Below are positions 52,372-59,895 of a stretch of DNA of 64,000 nt, piece by piece. The stretch is from Clostridia bacterium (GTDB lineage: Bacteria; Bacillota; Clostridia; Oscillospirales; CAG-272), in assembly GCA_017472285.1 (NCBI GenBank), contig JAFUQQ010000058.1, positions 6,637 through 70,636 of the forward strand, written 5' to 3'. The stretch's first letter is position 1, and every line of letters starts with the position of its first letter. The notes beneath the pieces were generated by a model. It saw only the letters and a program-made list of their open reading frames with translations. It was not told the DNA's origin and ran no database searches. The translations under genes were made by a program, and so were the position numbers.

Positions 52372-52547
52372 TCCTTTTTGCTTTTCATTTCATCGGCTTT
52401 TTGCGTCAATGAAATTGCCAATGCGGTCAATGCACAAACAACGTCTTCTTCGTCGCACGGATCATTTATGTTGAGTGCACACTCATTTTGGCAATACATA
52501 ACGGCATCTGCGTTAGACATGAACGGACAGATTTTTTCATTACTCAT
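52368..52547 (-). CDS. unannotated 59-aa Cys-rich ORF (MSNEKICPFMSNADAVMYCQNECALNINDPCDEEDVVCALTALAISLTQKADEMKSKKD)
   Basis: AAGGAGG 7 nt upstream of the ATG at 52547 (minus strand). One codon below the ORF-track cutoff. Preferred over the + strand ORF 52378-52581, which has no SD. Confidence 0.45.
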   Translation of the reverse strand: MSNEKICPFMSNADAVMYCQNECALNINDPCDEEDVVCALTALAISLTQKADEMKSKKD

Positions 52548-52644
52548 AGCTTTTCCTCCTTCCTTTTCTGATTACGATTAAAATTATAACACTGTTGTTT
52601 TTGTTAATCAACGGAAAAAATATGTAAAGATAGGGAATTTTAAT

Positions 52645-52902
52645 ATGAACATTAGACTTTTTAAAGCAAAAATGATTTTAAGCGGCGATGACGGCGTTTC
52701 GATTGCAAAAGTAATCGGCGTTTCTCCGCAAAGACATTCCATGAAGCTCAACGGTACGCAAGGTGCCGAATACAGACAGAGCGAAATTAAAAAATTGATT
52801 GCTTATTGGCATCTGACACCGCAAGAGGTTTTTGACATTTTCTTTGCGGAAAATGATTCTATTACACAAGGAGATACAAAATGCAAAACAACAGACTCTT
52901 GA
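52645..52902 (+). CDS. small phage HTH-like regulatory protein
   Basis: SIAKVIGVSPQRHSMKLNG... pattern. 85 aa. Confidence 0.45.
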   Translation: MNIRLFKAKMILSGDDGVSIAKVIGVSPQRHSMKLNGTQGAEYRQSEIKKLIAYWHLTPQEVFDIFFAENDSITQGDTKCKTTDS

Positions 52903-53003
52903 TGTGGCTGAAAAAGCGCATCGTAATCTTGCGGTACGATTTGAGAAAAATCGTACATATGTGAGGACCTTTAAAAAAATGAATAAGGAGGCGGACGTTT
53001 GGT

Positions 53004-53222
53004 ATGGCGGATATCGCAAACAAAACCATTCGATGCCGTAACCAGCGAAACGGAAAGCCATGCGGAAATATTATTGCTGCTTTTGTCGGCGGGAAAATTA
53101 TCATTCGCAGACACGGCAGAGAAATCCATATTCCGTCTTCTTCGGATATGAAAATCCGCATCGTTTGTGAACGGTGCGGAAAAGAAACGGTTTTGAAAGG
53201 AGATTTTTTAAAAAATGAATGA
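53004..53222 (+). CDS. small zinc-ribbon-like phage protein
   Basis: C..(8)..C ... CERCG pairs. 72 aa. Confidence 0.5.
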   Translation: MADIANKTIRCRNQRNGKPCGNIIAAFVGGKIIIRRHGREIHIPSSSDMKIRIVCERCGKETVLKGDFLKNE

Positions 53223-54123
53223 AGAAATTCAAAATGCAGTTGAATTTTTGCAAAGTTCGGAAGTAGACAGGCAGTTCGTAAGACAAGTGGAATTTATGGT
53301 TGATGACGGTTGTTTGCAGAAACTTCCTCAGGCAATCATCACCAATTTCAGCGAGGTATATTCCGCTCTCCTGAAAATGACGGAAAATGATCGGACGCTC
53401 ATCGTTACAGAAGAAAATCGCAAAGAATGTGAGGACCGCTGTGCGCTTCTCAATAAGCAGATCGCAAACATTGAAGCGCAAAGAAAAGACATCAAAAAGG
53501 CTTGGAACATTCCTTATGCCGCTTTTGAAGCTGATTGCAAAAAACTCGTCGGTCTTCTGACTACGGCAAAAGATAATCTCTGGGGACAGATCAAGGCTTC
53601 TGATGAAGCAGAAAAAGCGGACAAAGAAACGCTTTATCGCTCTTATTATGAGGCGCACGCCGGGAAAATTCTTCCGTATCGCTCTTATGCGCAGATTGCG
53701 GATTCCAAATGGCTGAATAAGGGAAAAAAGAAAGAATCGGTTTTTTCTGAGATCGATCAGAAGATCATGACGATCATCGAAGAACTCGATGCGATTTGCG
53801 ATTTAAACAGCGAATTTGAAACGGCTTTGCTTGCGAAATATAAAGACGGTGCTTCCGTGATCGACGTTATTTTGTATAACAATCGTTTGAAAACCGAAAA
53901 ACAAGTCGCAGAAGCAAAGAAAAAAACAGATGAGAAAACGGTCGTCGAAGAAAAGAAAGTTCCGCAGACGGACGAAAATCAAGCGGAAACGGTAAACGAT
54001 GCCGAAGAAGAAAAAGTTTATCCTGTGGATATCCGCGTTTATGCAACAAAATCACAGCTTGCAAAACTGAAAAGTTTCTTCCATGCACATGGTATCCGTT
54101 TTTGCAGATGTATTGATTGCTAA
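53215..54123 (+). CDS. DUF1351-family phage protein
   Basis: 302 aa. N-terminal pattern and coiled-coil middle typical of siphovirus DUF1351 proteins. Overlaps the previous stop. Confidence 0.55.
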   Translation: MNEEIQNAVEFLQSSEVDRQFVRQVEFMVDDGCLQKLPQAIITNFSEVYSALLKMTENDRTLIVTEENRKECEDRCALLNKQIANIEAQRKDIKKAWNIPYAAFEADCKKLVGLLTTAKDNLWGQIKASDEAEKADKETLYRSYYEAHAGKILPYRSYAQIADSKWLNKGKKKESVFSEIDQKIMTIIEELDAICDLNSEFETALLAKYKDGASVIDVILYNNRLKTEKQVAEAKKKTDEKTVVEEKKVPQTDENQAETVNDAEEEKVYPVDIRVYATKSQLAKLKSFFHAHGIRFCRCIDC

Positions 54124-54148
54124 GCGGAAAAGGACGGAGGTATGTATT

Positions 54149-54355
54149 TTGAACAAACTCAAAGAAATCAGAATCAAAAAAGGCTTGACGCAAAAGCAGG
54201 TTGCGGATGCGGTTGGGATTGAAACCAGTGCATATCAAAGATATGAGAGAGATTCCACTTTGCCTTCTGTTACTACTGCTTGTAAGATTGCAAAAGTGAT
54301 TGGTGTGACAGTTGAAGAGATTTGGGGAGAAGATGGTCAGGAAAACAAAAATTGA
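54149..54355 (+). CDS. XRE family HTH regulator (TTG start)
   Basis: NKLKEIRIKKGLTQKQVADAVGIETSAYQRYERD. GGAGG 8 nt before the TTG at 54149. Confidence 0.7.
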   Translation: MNKLKEIRIKKGLTQKQVADAVGIETSAYQRYERDSTLPSVTTACKIAKVIGVTVEEIWGEDGQENKN

Positions 54356-54732
54356 ATCAGATCAAAGACCAGCGAGAGAAATGCAAGTGCGCCTGCGATG
54401 ATTGCGATAATATTGGCATTTCGGGCTTTCTTGTTTGCGATGATGGCTTCTTGCAGAATGGCTTCGTTGTACTTCTTCAGATAGGCTTCGTCTTCTATAT
54501 CTTTCAAATGCTGCTCGTATTTTGCTTCTCCATTTAAAGTTAATTCGATCGGAAATTCTTCCATTCCTCGCCATTTGATTAGTCCTTGTCCATTCAGACT
54601 GCCTAATAATTTGATATTATATCCAAATTCGGTTGACTTCAATTCGCTATCTTTTATAGGTGTTTTTCTTTCGTAAAGGAACCTTAAGAACTTCCATTGT
54701 AATTCGCTTAAAGGTGTATCTTGTTGATCCAT
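54337..54732 (-). CDS. membrane-anchored protein with winged-helix-like N-terminus
   Basis: LQWKFLRFLYERKTPIKDSEL, and C-terminal TM segment IIAIIAGALAFLSLVFDLIQFLF. AGGAGA SD. On the opposite strand to the surrounding early genes. Confidence 0.6.
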   Translation of the reverse strand: MDQQDTPLSELQWKFLRFLYERKTPIKDSELKSTEFGYNIKLLGSLNGQGLIKWRGMEEFPIELTLNGEAKYEQHLKDIEDEAYLKKYNEAILQEAIIANKKARNANIIAIIAGALAFLSLVFDLIQFLFS

Positions 54733-54774
54733 ATTTTTTCTCCTGTTACTATTTTTTGAAAGAGTGGTGCTGTT

Positions 54775-55161
54775 ATGAGAAACGAAAAAAATTCCGAAAT
54801 CGCATTGATCGGCGTACATACCATTGAAGTCAATGCTGTTTTACAACATTTTTCTTCTGATGAAGAAAACAAAAAACAAAAGTTTAGTCTTTTCACCAAA
54901 AAAGGAAGTGTTTTTTTAGGTGATGTTCACGCTCTGATTTTAGATAGTGTTTTTTATCGGCATTTTGTTGTTACACAAGAATCGAAATTAGAGCAAAATA
55001 ACTCGGTTCTTCACGCAATGTCTGTCGAAATTATTTGTACCGTTACGGAAGAAGATGGGAAAAAATTTGCTGAAATCTGGACGAAGGACGGTTTTTCCAT
55101 TGCAAAACATCCTCTTTGTATGCTTTGGGAATATTTCGATTGTGAAACTTACTATGAATAA
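54775..55161 (+). CDS. hypothetical protein, member 1 of a tandem three-gene family with an internal (L/I)(Y/W)TK.G repeat
   Basis: KFSLFTKKGSVFLGD... and FAEIWTKDGFSIAKHPLCMLWEYFD. Confidence 0.65.
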   Translation: MRNEKNSEIALIGVHTIEVNAVLQHFSSDEENKKQKFSLFTKKGSVFLGDVHALILDSVFYRHFVVTQESKLEQNNSVLHAMSVEIICTVTEEDGKKFAEIWTKDGFSIAKHPLCMLWEYFDCETYYE

Positions 55162-55543
55162 AATAGACATGGAAAAAAATTTTGTTCCTCGAATCATTGA
55201 ATTGATCGCCATTATCAAAAAAATTGATGATGGGAAAGAGATGACTCTATACACGAAAAACGGTGTTCTTCCGATCACAACTATATCCAATGAAATGATC
55301 ACTTTTTTTAATCGGTTTTTTATAGCTGATTTCATCGGAACAAGAAAAATCGAAGATAATGGGATCCTCTTTTCTTCTGCTTTGGAAGTGATTGCGGTTT
55401 TGATTCCTGATGTTTCGCTGCCGTGCGTTGAAATTTGGACGAAAACAGGAGGTCATTTTATCGGTTCTTTTCCAGCTCGACTCTTTTTATCCGAGTTCTC
55501 TGATAGTTTACAAATCAATGATATTTGGATTTTGGAAACTTAA
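55154..55543 (+). CDS. hypothetical protein, member 2 of the tandem family
   Basis: ATGAATAA overlap with member 1. EMTLYTKNGVLPITT...FFNRFF and CVEIWTKTGGHFIGSFPARLFLSEF. Confidence 0.65.
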   Translation: MNKIDMEKNFVPRIIELIAIIKKIDDGKEMTLYTKNGVLPITTISNEMITFFNRFFIADFIGTRKIEDNGILFSSALEVIAVLIPDVSLPCVEIWTKTGGHFIGSFPARLFLSEFSDSLQINDIWILET

Positions 55544-55567
55544 AATTTTTTTGAAAGAGGTGCTGTT

Positions 55568-55924
55568 ATGGGAAACGAAAATTTGATTTCTTGTGCTTTG
55601 GGTGTCGAGTTGGTCGGCATCGTGCGGCAATGTAACAAAAAATTAGAATTTGAAATTTGGACGAAAAATCGAGGTTATTTCATCGGAACGGACGAACTTG
55701 CTTTTTATCGGAAATATTTTGATGAATCTTTTTTGGATTGTTTTGAAATTCTTGAAGAAAATGAAAACACAACGAGATTCGCCACCATATTTGATGCAGT
55801 TGCTATTGCATATGATTCAGAAGAAATTGAACTTTGGACAAAACACGGGCATTTCATCGGAAAATTTCCGCTTGATTATTTTTATCTGTATTTCGCAGAT
55901 CACGATGCTGTGATGCCGATATGA
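55568..55924 (+). CDS. hypothetical protein, member 3 of the tandem family
   Basis: FEIWTKNRGYFIGTDELAFYRKYF and IELWTKHGHFIGKFPLDYFYLYF. The 5' UTR/SD and first codons are nearly identical to member 1. Confidence 0.65.
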   Translation: MGNENLISCALGVELVGIVRQCNKKLEFEIWTKNRGYFIGTDELAFYRKYFDESFLDCFEILEENENTTRFATIFDAVAIAYDSEEIELWTKHGHFIGKFPLDYFYLYFADHDAVMPI

Positions 55925-55925
55925 C

Positions 55926-56129
55926 TTAGTCCCCATCTTCCAGAATAAACAATTCTTCCACAGTCGTATTCAATGCACGGGCGAGACGGAGTGCGACATC
56001 AACACCAGGTATGACAACTCCACGTTCATATCGTTGCAATGCTGTATAATTGGACAATTTTGCTTTTTCTGCAAGTTGCGGTTGGGTTAAATTATTTTGT
56101 TTTCTAATCTCTGAAATTTTATTTTTCAT
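55926..56129 (-). CDS. XRE family HTH regulator
   Basis: KISEIRKQNNLTQPQLAEKAKLSNYTALQRYERG. Confidence 0.8.
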   Translation of the reverse strand: MKNKISEIRKQNNLTQPQLAEKAKLSNYTALQRYERGVVIPGVDVALRLARALNTTVEELFILEDGD

Positions 56130-56147
56130 ATTTTTTCTCCAAAACGC

Positions 56148-56207
56148 TTGACACAACAAATATTTAGTGTTATACTGATGACAAACACAACAAATATTTA
56201 GTGTTAT
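56148..56207. promoter_or_regulatory. promoter TTGACA-17-TATACT (56148-56176) with two perfect 23-bp direct repeats ACACAACAAATATTTAGTGTTAT (56151-56173, 56185-56207)
   Basis: Each repeat is an imperfect palindrome centred on AAATATTT. The repeat period is 34 bp. Lies in the divergent region next to an XRE gene. Confidence 0.6.
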
Positions 56208-56282
56208 CATTATTATTTAGTATAGTTAAAATCATAATACCACATTTCTGTGGTGTTTGTCAAGAAACGGAGGAAAAGAGGA

Positions 56283-56606
56283 ATGGACACCATCACGATT
56301 GACGATATGAAATATCAGATCAAAGGAAATTGGTTTGTGGGAGAAAAGAAAGTGCGTACAGATCATTGCGGTTCTTTTATCATTCAGATCAATATCTCTC
56401 TAACGGGAGGGCAAACAATTGCAATCAAGGGCGTGGTTCATCCTGCGCTTTCGATGGTTGGCGCAAGATTTTTTTCAGATATGAATCATGCTCAAAATAT
56501 CATTAAAGAATATTTTGAAAAAATTGATAAGATCGATAAAGAAATAGACAAATTGTTGTCCGCACAATCGGATAACAAAAAACCTAAGACTATGGATGAA
56601 TTATAA
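56283..56606 (+). CDS. hypothetical protein
   Basis: 107 aa. GGAGGAAAAGAGGA SD region. Confidence 0.55.
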   Translation: MDTITIDDMKYQIKGNWFVGEKKVRTDHCGSFIIQINISLTGGQTIAIKGVVHPALSMVGARFFSDMNHAQNIIKEYFEKIDKIDKEIDKLLSAQSDNKKPKTMDEL

Positions 56607-56735
56607 AAATAATTCACATGGCATACGGAGGAACGAGGATGTAACCTCATTCGTCAGCTTCGCTGACACCTTCTCTAAAGGGGAATGCTTTTGAAATCAT
56701 TTGTTTACAAACAATAGCACAAAACGGAGGAAATT

Positions 56736-57656
56736 ATGGATTACAGAACAGCACAAAAATTATATCTCGATTCTCTCACTGTGGAGGGGAAAAGCACGAA
56801 CACCATCAAGGGATATTCCCGTATTCTTGAAGATTTTGGGACTTTCACGGATGGGAAAGAGATCATGCCGATCACGGTTTCCGATTGGCGAACGGCAAAA
56901 TATGAAAACGGAATCAAGGGCGCGACGATTGCGCACTATATGACCGTTCTTTCCATGTTCTTTGCGTGGGGTATGGAGCAGGGGATTTTTGAAAGCAATC
57001 CTTTTATCAAAATCTCCAAACCGAAGAAAGAAGAAAAGAAATATGACATTCTTTCTCGCGATCAGATTCAGACTTTGATTTCTTACAAGGAAAAAGCAAA
57101 AGGTGCTTTTGCAAAAAACAATCTTCGCAACCGTGCGATCGTGCATATGCTGATTATGACGGGGCTTCGCAACAGTGAACTTCGTGCGCTCACGCTTCAT
57201 GATCTCGATTTTGAAAACGGTATCATCCGTGTGATCGACGGTAAAGGTGGGAAATCCCGCTCTGCGCCGTTTCCCAAAACGGCAAGGGAAACACTTGCCG
57301 AATATCTTGCAAGCGGCGCACGTCCCGAAAATCTCACCGAAAATGATCTTCTTTTCGGTACGGATGCCGATGAGAAAGGACACAGCACGCATGGCGCACA
57401 TTGGAACGCGCTTTCCTCGGCGGCACTTTTGCAGATCGTTTCTACCTATACCGAAAAGGTTTGCGGTCATGCTGTCGGCGTACATACGCTTCGTCATTGT
57501 GCCGCTTCTCTTTGGGACGATATGAAAATCCCGATTCGAGACGTACAAAAGGCGCTTGGTCATGCCAATATTGCAACAACGGAAAAGGTTTATATTCAGA
57601 TTCTCAATCCCGCTGCCGCGGCACAGAATATTTCGGCGGTGATGGACTCCATCTGA
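56736..57656 (+). CDS. tyrosine recombinase, XerC/XerD-like (second recombinase in the element)
   Basis: N-terminal SAM-like domain (YLDSLTVEGKSTNTIKGYSRIL). GLRNSELRAL, HTLRHCAAS and GHANIATTEKVY catalytic motifs. Confidence 0.88.
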   Translation: MDYRTAQKLYLDSLTVEGKSTNTIKGYSRILEDFGTFTDGKEIMPITVSDWRTAKYENGIKGATIAHYMTVLSMFFAWGMEQGIFESNPFIKISKPKKEEKKYDILSRDQIQTLISYKEKAKGAFAKNNLRNRAIVHMLIMTGLRNSELRALTLHDLDFENGIIRVIDGKGGKSRSAPFPKTARETLAEYLASGARPENLTENDLLFGTDADEKGHSTHGAHWNALSSAALLQIVSTYTEKVCGHAVGVHTLRHCAASLWDDMKIPIRDVQKALGHANIATTEKVYIQILNPAAAAQNISAVMDSI

Positions 57657-57677
57657 GGATAAAGAAAGGAGATATTT

Positions 57678-57920
57678 ATGACATACGAAAGAAGAGAAGA
57701 AATCCTCTCAAAAGATTCTTTGACGATCGAAGAACTCGGTGAACTTCTTGGCGGCGTGAATTATCAGACTTCTGCCAAAATTATGCGAAATATTAAACGA
57801 AAATCGGACAGGCTCGGTATTCAGGGCAGAATTCATACGGAAGATTATCTGGATGCCTTTGGGATCGAACGCTCTCCGCGTTATTCCAGACCGTTGGAGG
57901 TTTCCGAAAATGCCTCGTGA
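57678..57920 (+). CDS. small DNA-binding-like protein (possible excisionase/recombination directionality factor)
   Basis: 80 aa. LTIEELGELLG...AKIMRNIK resembles Xis/MerR-type HTH. Directly downstream of the recombinase. Confidence 0.35.
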   Translation: MTYERREEILSKDSLTIEELGELLGGVNYQTSAKIMRNIKRKSDRLGIQGRIHTEDYLDAFGIERSPRYSRPLEVSENAS

Positions 57921-58263
57921 TGTATTTGGTCTGGGTGAAACCATCTGCCCCGTTTGCGGAAAAACATTTTGTCCACGCGGCGCGTGGGGATATCATGGGA
58001 AAAAAGGAAGACGGGTTTGTTCTTATCCTTGCTCATTGAAAGATCAGGCAGACAAGGAAGAATCGGGGAACAGCAACCGTCTTGCTGTCGATATGTATGA
58101 TATGAGCGGAAATCTGATCAGCAGTTTCCGCTCCGTGCATGACGCATTTCTGCATACGGGAATCAACCAAGCCAAGATTCGCGCTTGCGCGACAGGAAGA
58201 ACAAAATACACACGGAGAAACGGTGAAACCGTTGTTTTCCGTTATAAAAAACAGGAGGATTAA
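57910..58263 (+). CDS. zinc-ribbon + NUMOD1/IENR-like HTH protein
   Basis: CPVCGKTFC...CSYPC, then V.MYDMSGNLISSFRSVHDAFLHTGINQAKIRACATG, typical of homing-endonuclease-associated DNA-binding modules. Confidence 0.45.
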   Translation: MPRDVFGLGETICPVCGKTFCPRGAWGYHGKKGRRVCSYPCSLKDQADKEESGNSNRLAVDMYDMSGNLISSFRSVHDAFLHTGINQAKIRACATGRTKYTRRNGETVVFRYKKQED

Positions 58264-59193
58264 ATGGCAAGACCCTATAAACAGGGGATTGACTATTTTC
58301 CTCTCGACGTTGATATCTTTAAGGACAGAAAATTTCACAAAATAAAGGGAAGATACGGGCATACCGGTGTTTGTGTCTATCTTGCCGTTTTGTCCTTAGT
58401 ATATAAAGACCGCGGTTATTATCTCGACTATTCAGATGAGGAAGCGGTCATTTATGATATCATTGATCTTTTACAAGGTGGGCGATATACACCGAAATAT
58501 GACACGATCCTGGGTGCAGTTGCGGATTTGGTGGCGTGTGGACTGTTTAGCGGCGACCACTTCAAATCCAAGATACTGACTTCTGAGCGCATACAACGGC
58601 ATTATTATACGGCAACGGTAGAGCGCGAAAAGATCGAAATCGACGAGAGCATCTGGATGTTATCGATTCCCGAAATGAAAAAGCTCTCCGGCAGAAGTCC
58701 CATTTTGCAATTTTTTATAAATCGTGAGGGAAACGGGGTTTTTCGTACGAATAACCCTGAAAGTCAATCGAACAGTACACAAAGTAAAGTAAAAGAAAAT
58801 AATATTACTACTACTAAGATAACTACTACTGATGCACCTTGCGGTGCGTCAAGCAACGGGGATGTGGAAAACGATAAGGAAAACCATGTGGAAACGGTGG
58901 AAAATGAACCAAAAACAAACGATATACCAACACTTTCCACTGTTGAGGCGTTTTTCAATTCACATAACATCAATGGAAATCCCAAAGATTTCTATACTTA
59001 TAACCAAAAGAAAAATCCGACGTTTAAAGATTGGGAATCCTATGCGGAAATTTGGGGGAATTTGGAGCATCGTCCGAAAAAAGTTTTTCAGACAAGAAAA
59101 AGGAGAGTGTTCGGACATCTTCAAATAAGGCTTCTTTTGACGTGGATCGATATCTGGAGCTTCGGAAATCGATGGGATATGCGGAAGCGATAG
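58264..59193 (+). CDS. DUF4373 (Lin1244/Lin1753-like) phage replication protein; the 3' end is probably frameshifted (see findings)
   Basis: MARPYKQGIDYFPLDVDIFKDRKFHKIKGRYGHTGVCVYLAVLSLVY is the DUF4373 signature. Confidence 0.7.
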   Translation: MARPYKQGIDYFPLDVDIFKDRKFHKIKGRYGHTGVCVYLAVLSLVYKDRGYYLDYSDEEAVIYDIIDLLQGGRYTPKYDTILGAVADLVACGLFSGDHFKSKILTSERIQRHYYTATVEREKIEIDESIWMLSIPEMKKLSGRSPILQFFINREGNGVFRTNNPESQSNSTQSKVKENNITTTKITTTDAPCGASSNGDVENDKENHVETVENEPKTNDIPTLSTVEAFFNSHNINGNPKDFYTYNQKKNPTFKDWESYAEIWGNLEHRPKKVFQTRKRRVFGHLQIRLLLTWIDIWSFGNRWDMRKR

Positions 59194-59217
59194 CTTTGAT
59201 GACAGGAGAGGAAAATA

Positions 59218-59637
59218 ATGGATAAAGAAGGGTATTTCAGAGAGGTGACGGATTTTACCTGCGGAGGAAAATGTTCGGGATGGCAGACATTGTTCACCGA
59301 TATTCTCCCTTTGACTAAAGAAGAGAAAAATAGAATTCACAAATATATGAAACAACACGGCATCAAGGAACAGCGGCACAATTTCAGTAGTAAAAAATAT
59401 GATCTGCCCTGTCCTTTCCGAGATGAAGCAAACAGAAAATGCTTGATCTATGAGGTAATACCAAATATTTGCAAGGGTTTTATGTGTAATTACACGAAGG
59501 ATTCATTGAAAAATGCACCGATCTCACGGGTAAAACGGGAAATCGTGCTGATGAGACATGAATTTTTCGGTAGCCGTGAGGATACGGACGGGATAAAAAT
59601 GATCGGTGATCTTTTGAAAGTGATGGTGGGAACGTGA
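59218..59637 (+). CDS. YkgJ-family (UPF0153) Cys-cluster protein
   Basis: CGGKCSG ... CPF......C.IYEVIPNICKGFMC pattern. Confidence 0.5.
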   Translation: MDKEGYFREVTDFTCGGKCSGWQTLFTDILPLTKEEKNRIHKYMKQHGIKEQRHNFSSKKYDLPCPFRDEANRKCLIYEVIPNICKGFMCNYTKDSLKNAPISRVKREIVLMRHEFFGSREDTDGIKMIGDLLKVMVGT

Positions 59638-59846
59638 AAAGAGAAACAGAGGAAAAGGATTGCTATAATTGCAAGTATTTCTCAGAATTTAAACAGTTCA
59701 GAAGCTTTGAGGAAAACGGTTTTTCTGTGTTCGGTTGCTGCTTCCAGTATTGTAAAAATGACAGTGCTTTCGGAATGCTGCCGATTTATGTTCCCGGTGC
59801 TTGCTGTAAGAATTGGGATATGGTAGAGGAAAACAGCCCAAAATAA
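59634..59846 (+). CDS. small Cys-rich phage protein
   Basis: 70 aa. CYNCKY...GCCFQYC...CCKNWD. ATGA overlap with the upstream gene. Confidence 0.55.
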   Translation: MKRETEEKDCYNCKYFSEFKQFRSFEENGFSVFGCCFQYCKNDSAFGMLPIYVPGACCKNWDMVEENSPK

Positions 59847-59895
59847 AATTTTTTCGAGGATAGCATTCAGCACAAATATTTTTAAGGAGAATGCT

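Noticed and set aside
52378-52581. The + strand 67-aa ORF from the track.
   Set aside because: It has no SD and an odd composition. The opposite strand has a 59-aa ORF with a perfect AAGGAGG SD.
54775-55924. Assigning the three-paralogue family to the LytTR DNA-binding domain.
   Set aside because: Only a short T-K-x-G plus hydrophobic pattern is shared, and the HRS-type LytTR motif is absent. It is kept only as a weak remark inside the finding, not as an annotation.
56151-56207. Two perfect 23-bp direct repeats, considered as a possible mini CRISPR array.
   Set aside because: There are only two copies with an 11-bp spacer. They sit in a divergent promoter next to an XRE gene, and each is a partial palindrome. 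An operator function is far more likely. No cas genes are present.
56640-56700. Hairpin GTCAGCTTCGCTGAC upstream of the second recombinase, considered as related to the 26385-26497 element.
   Set aside because: It has only a 6-bp stem and no extended similarity. That is insufficient evidence.
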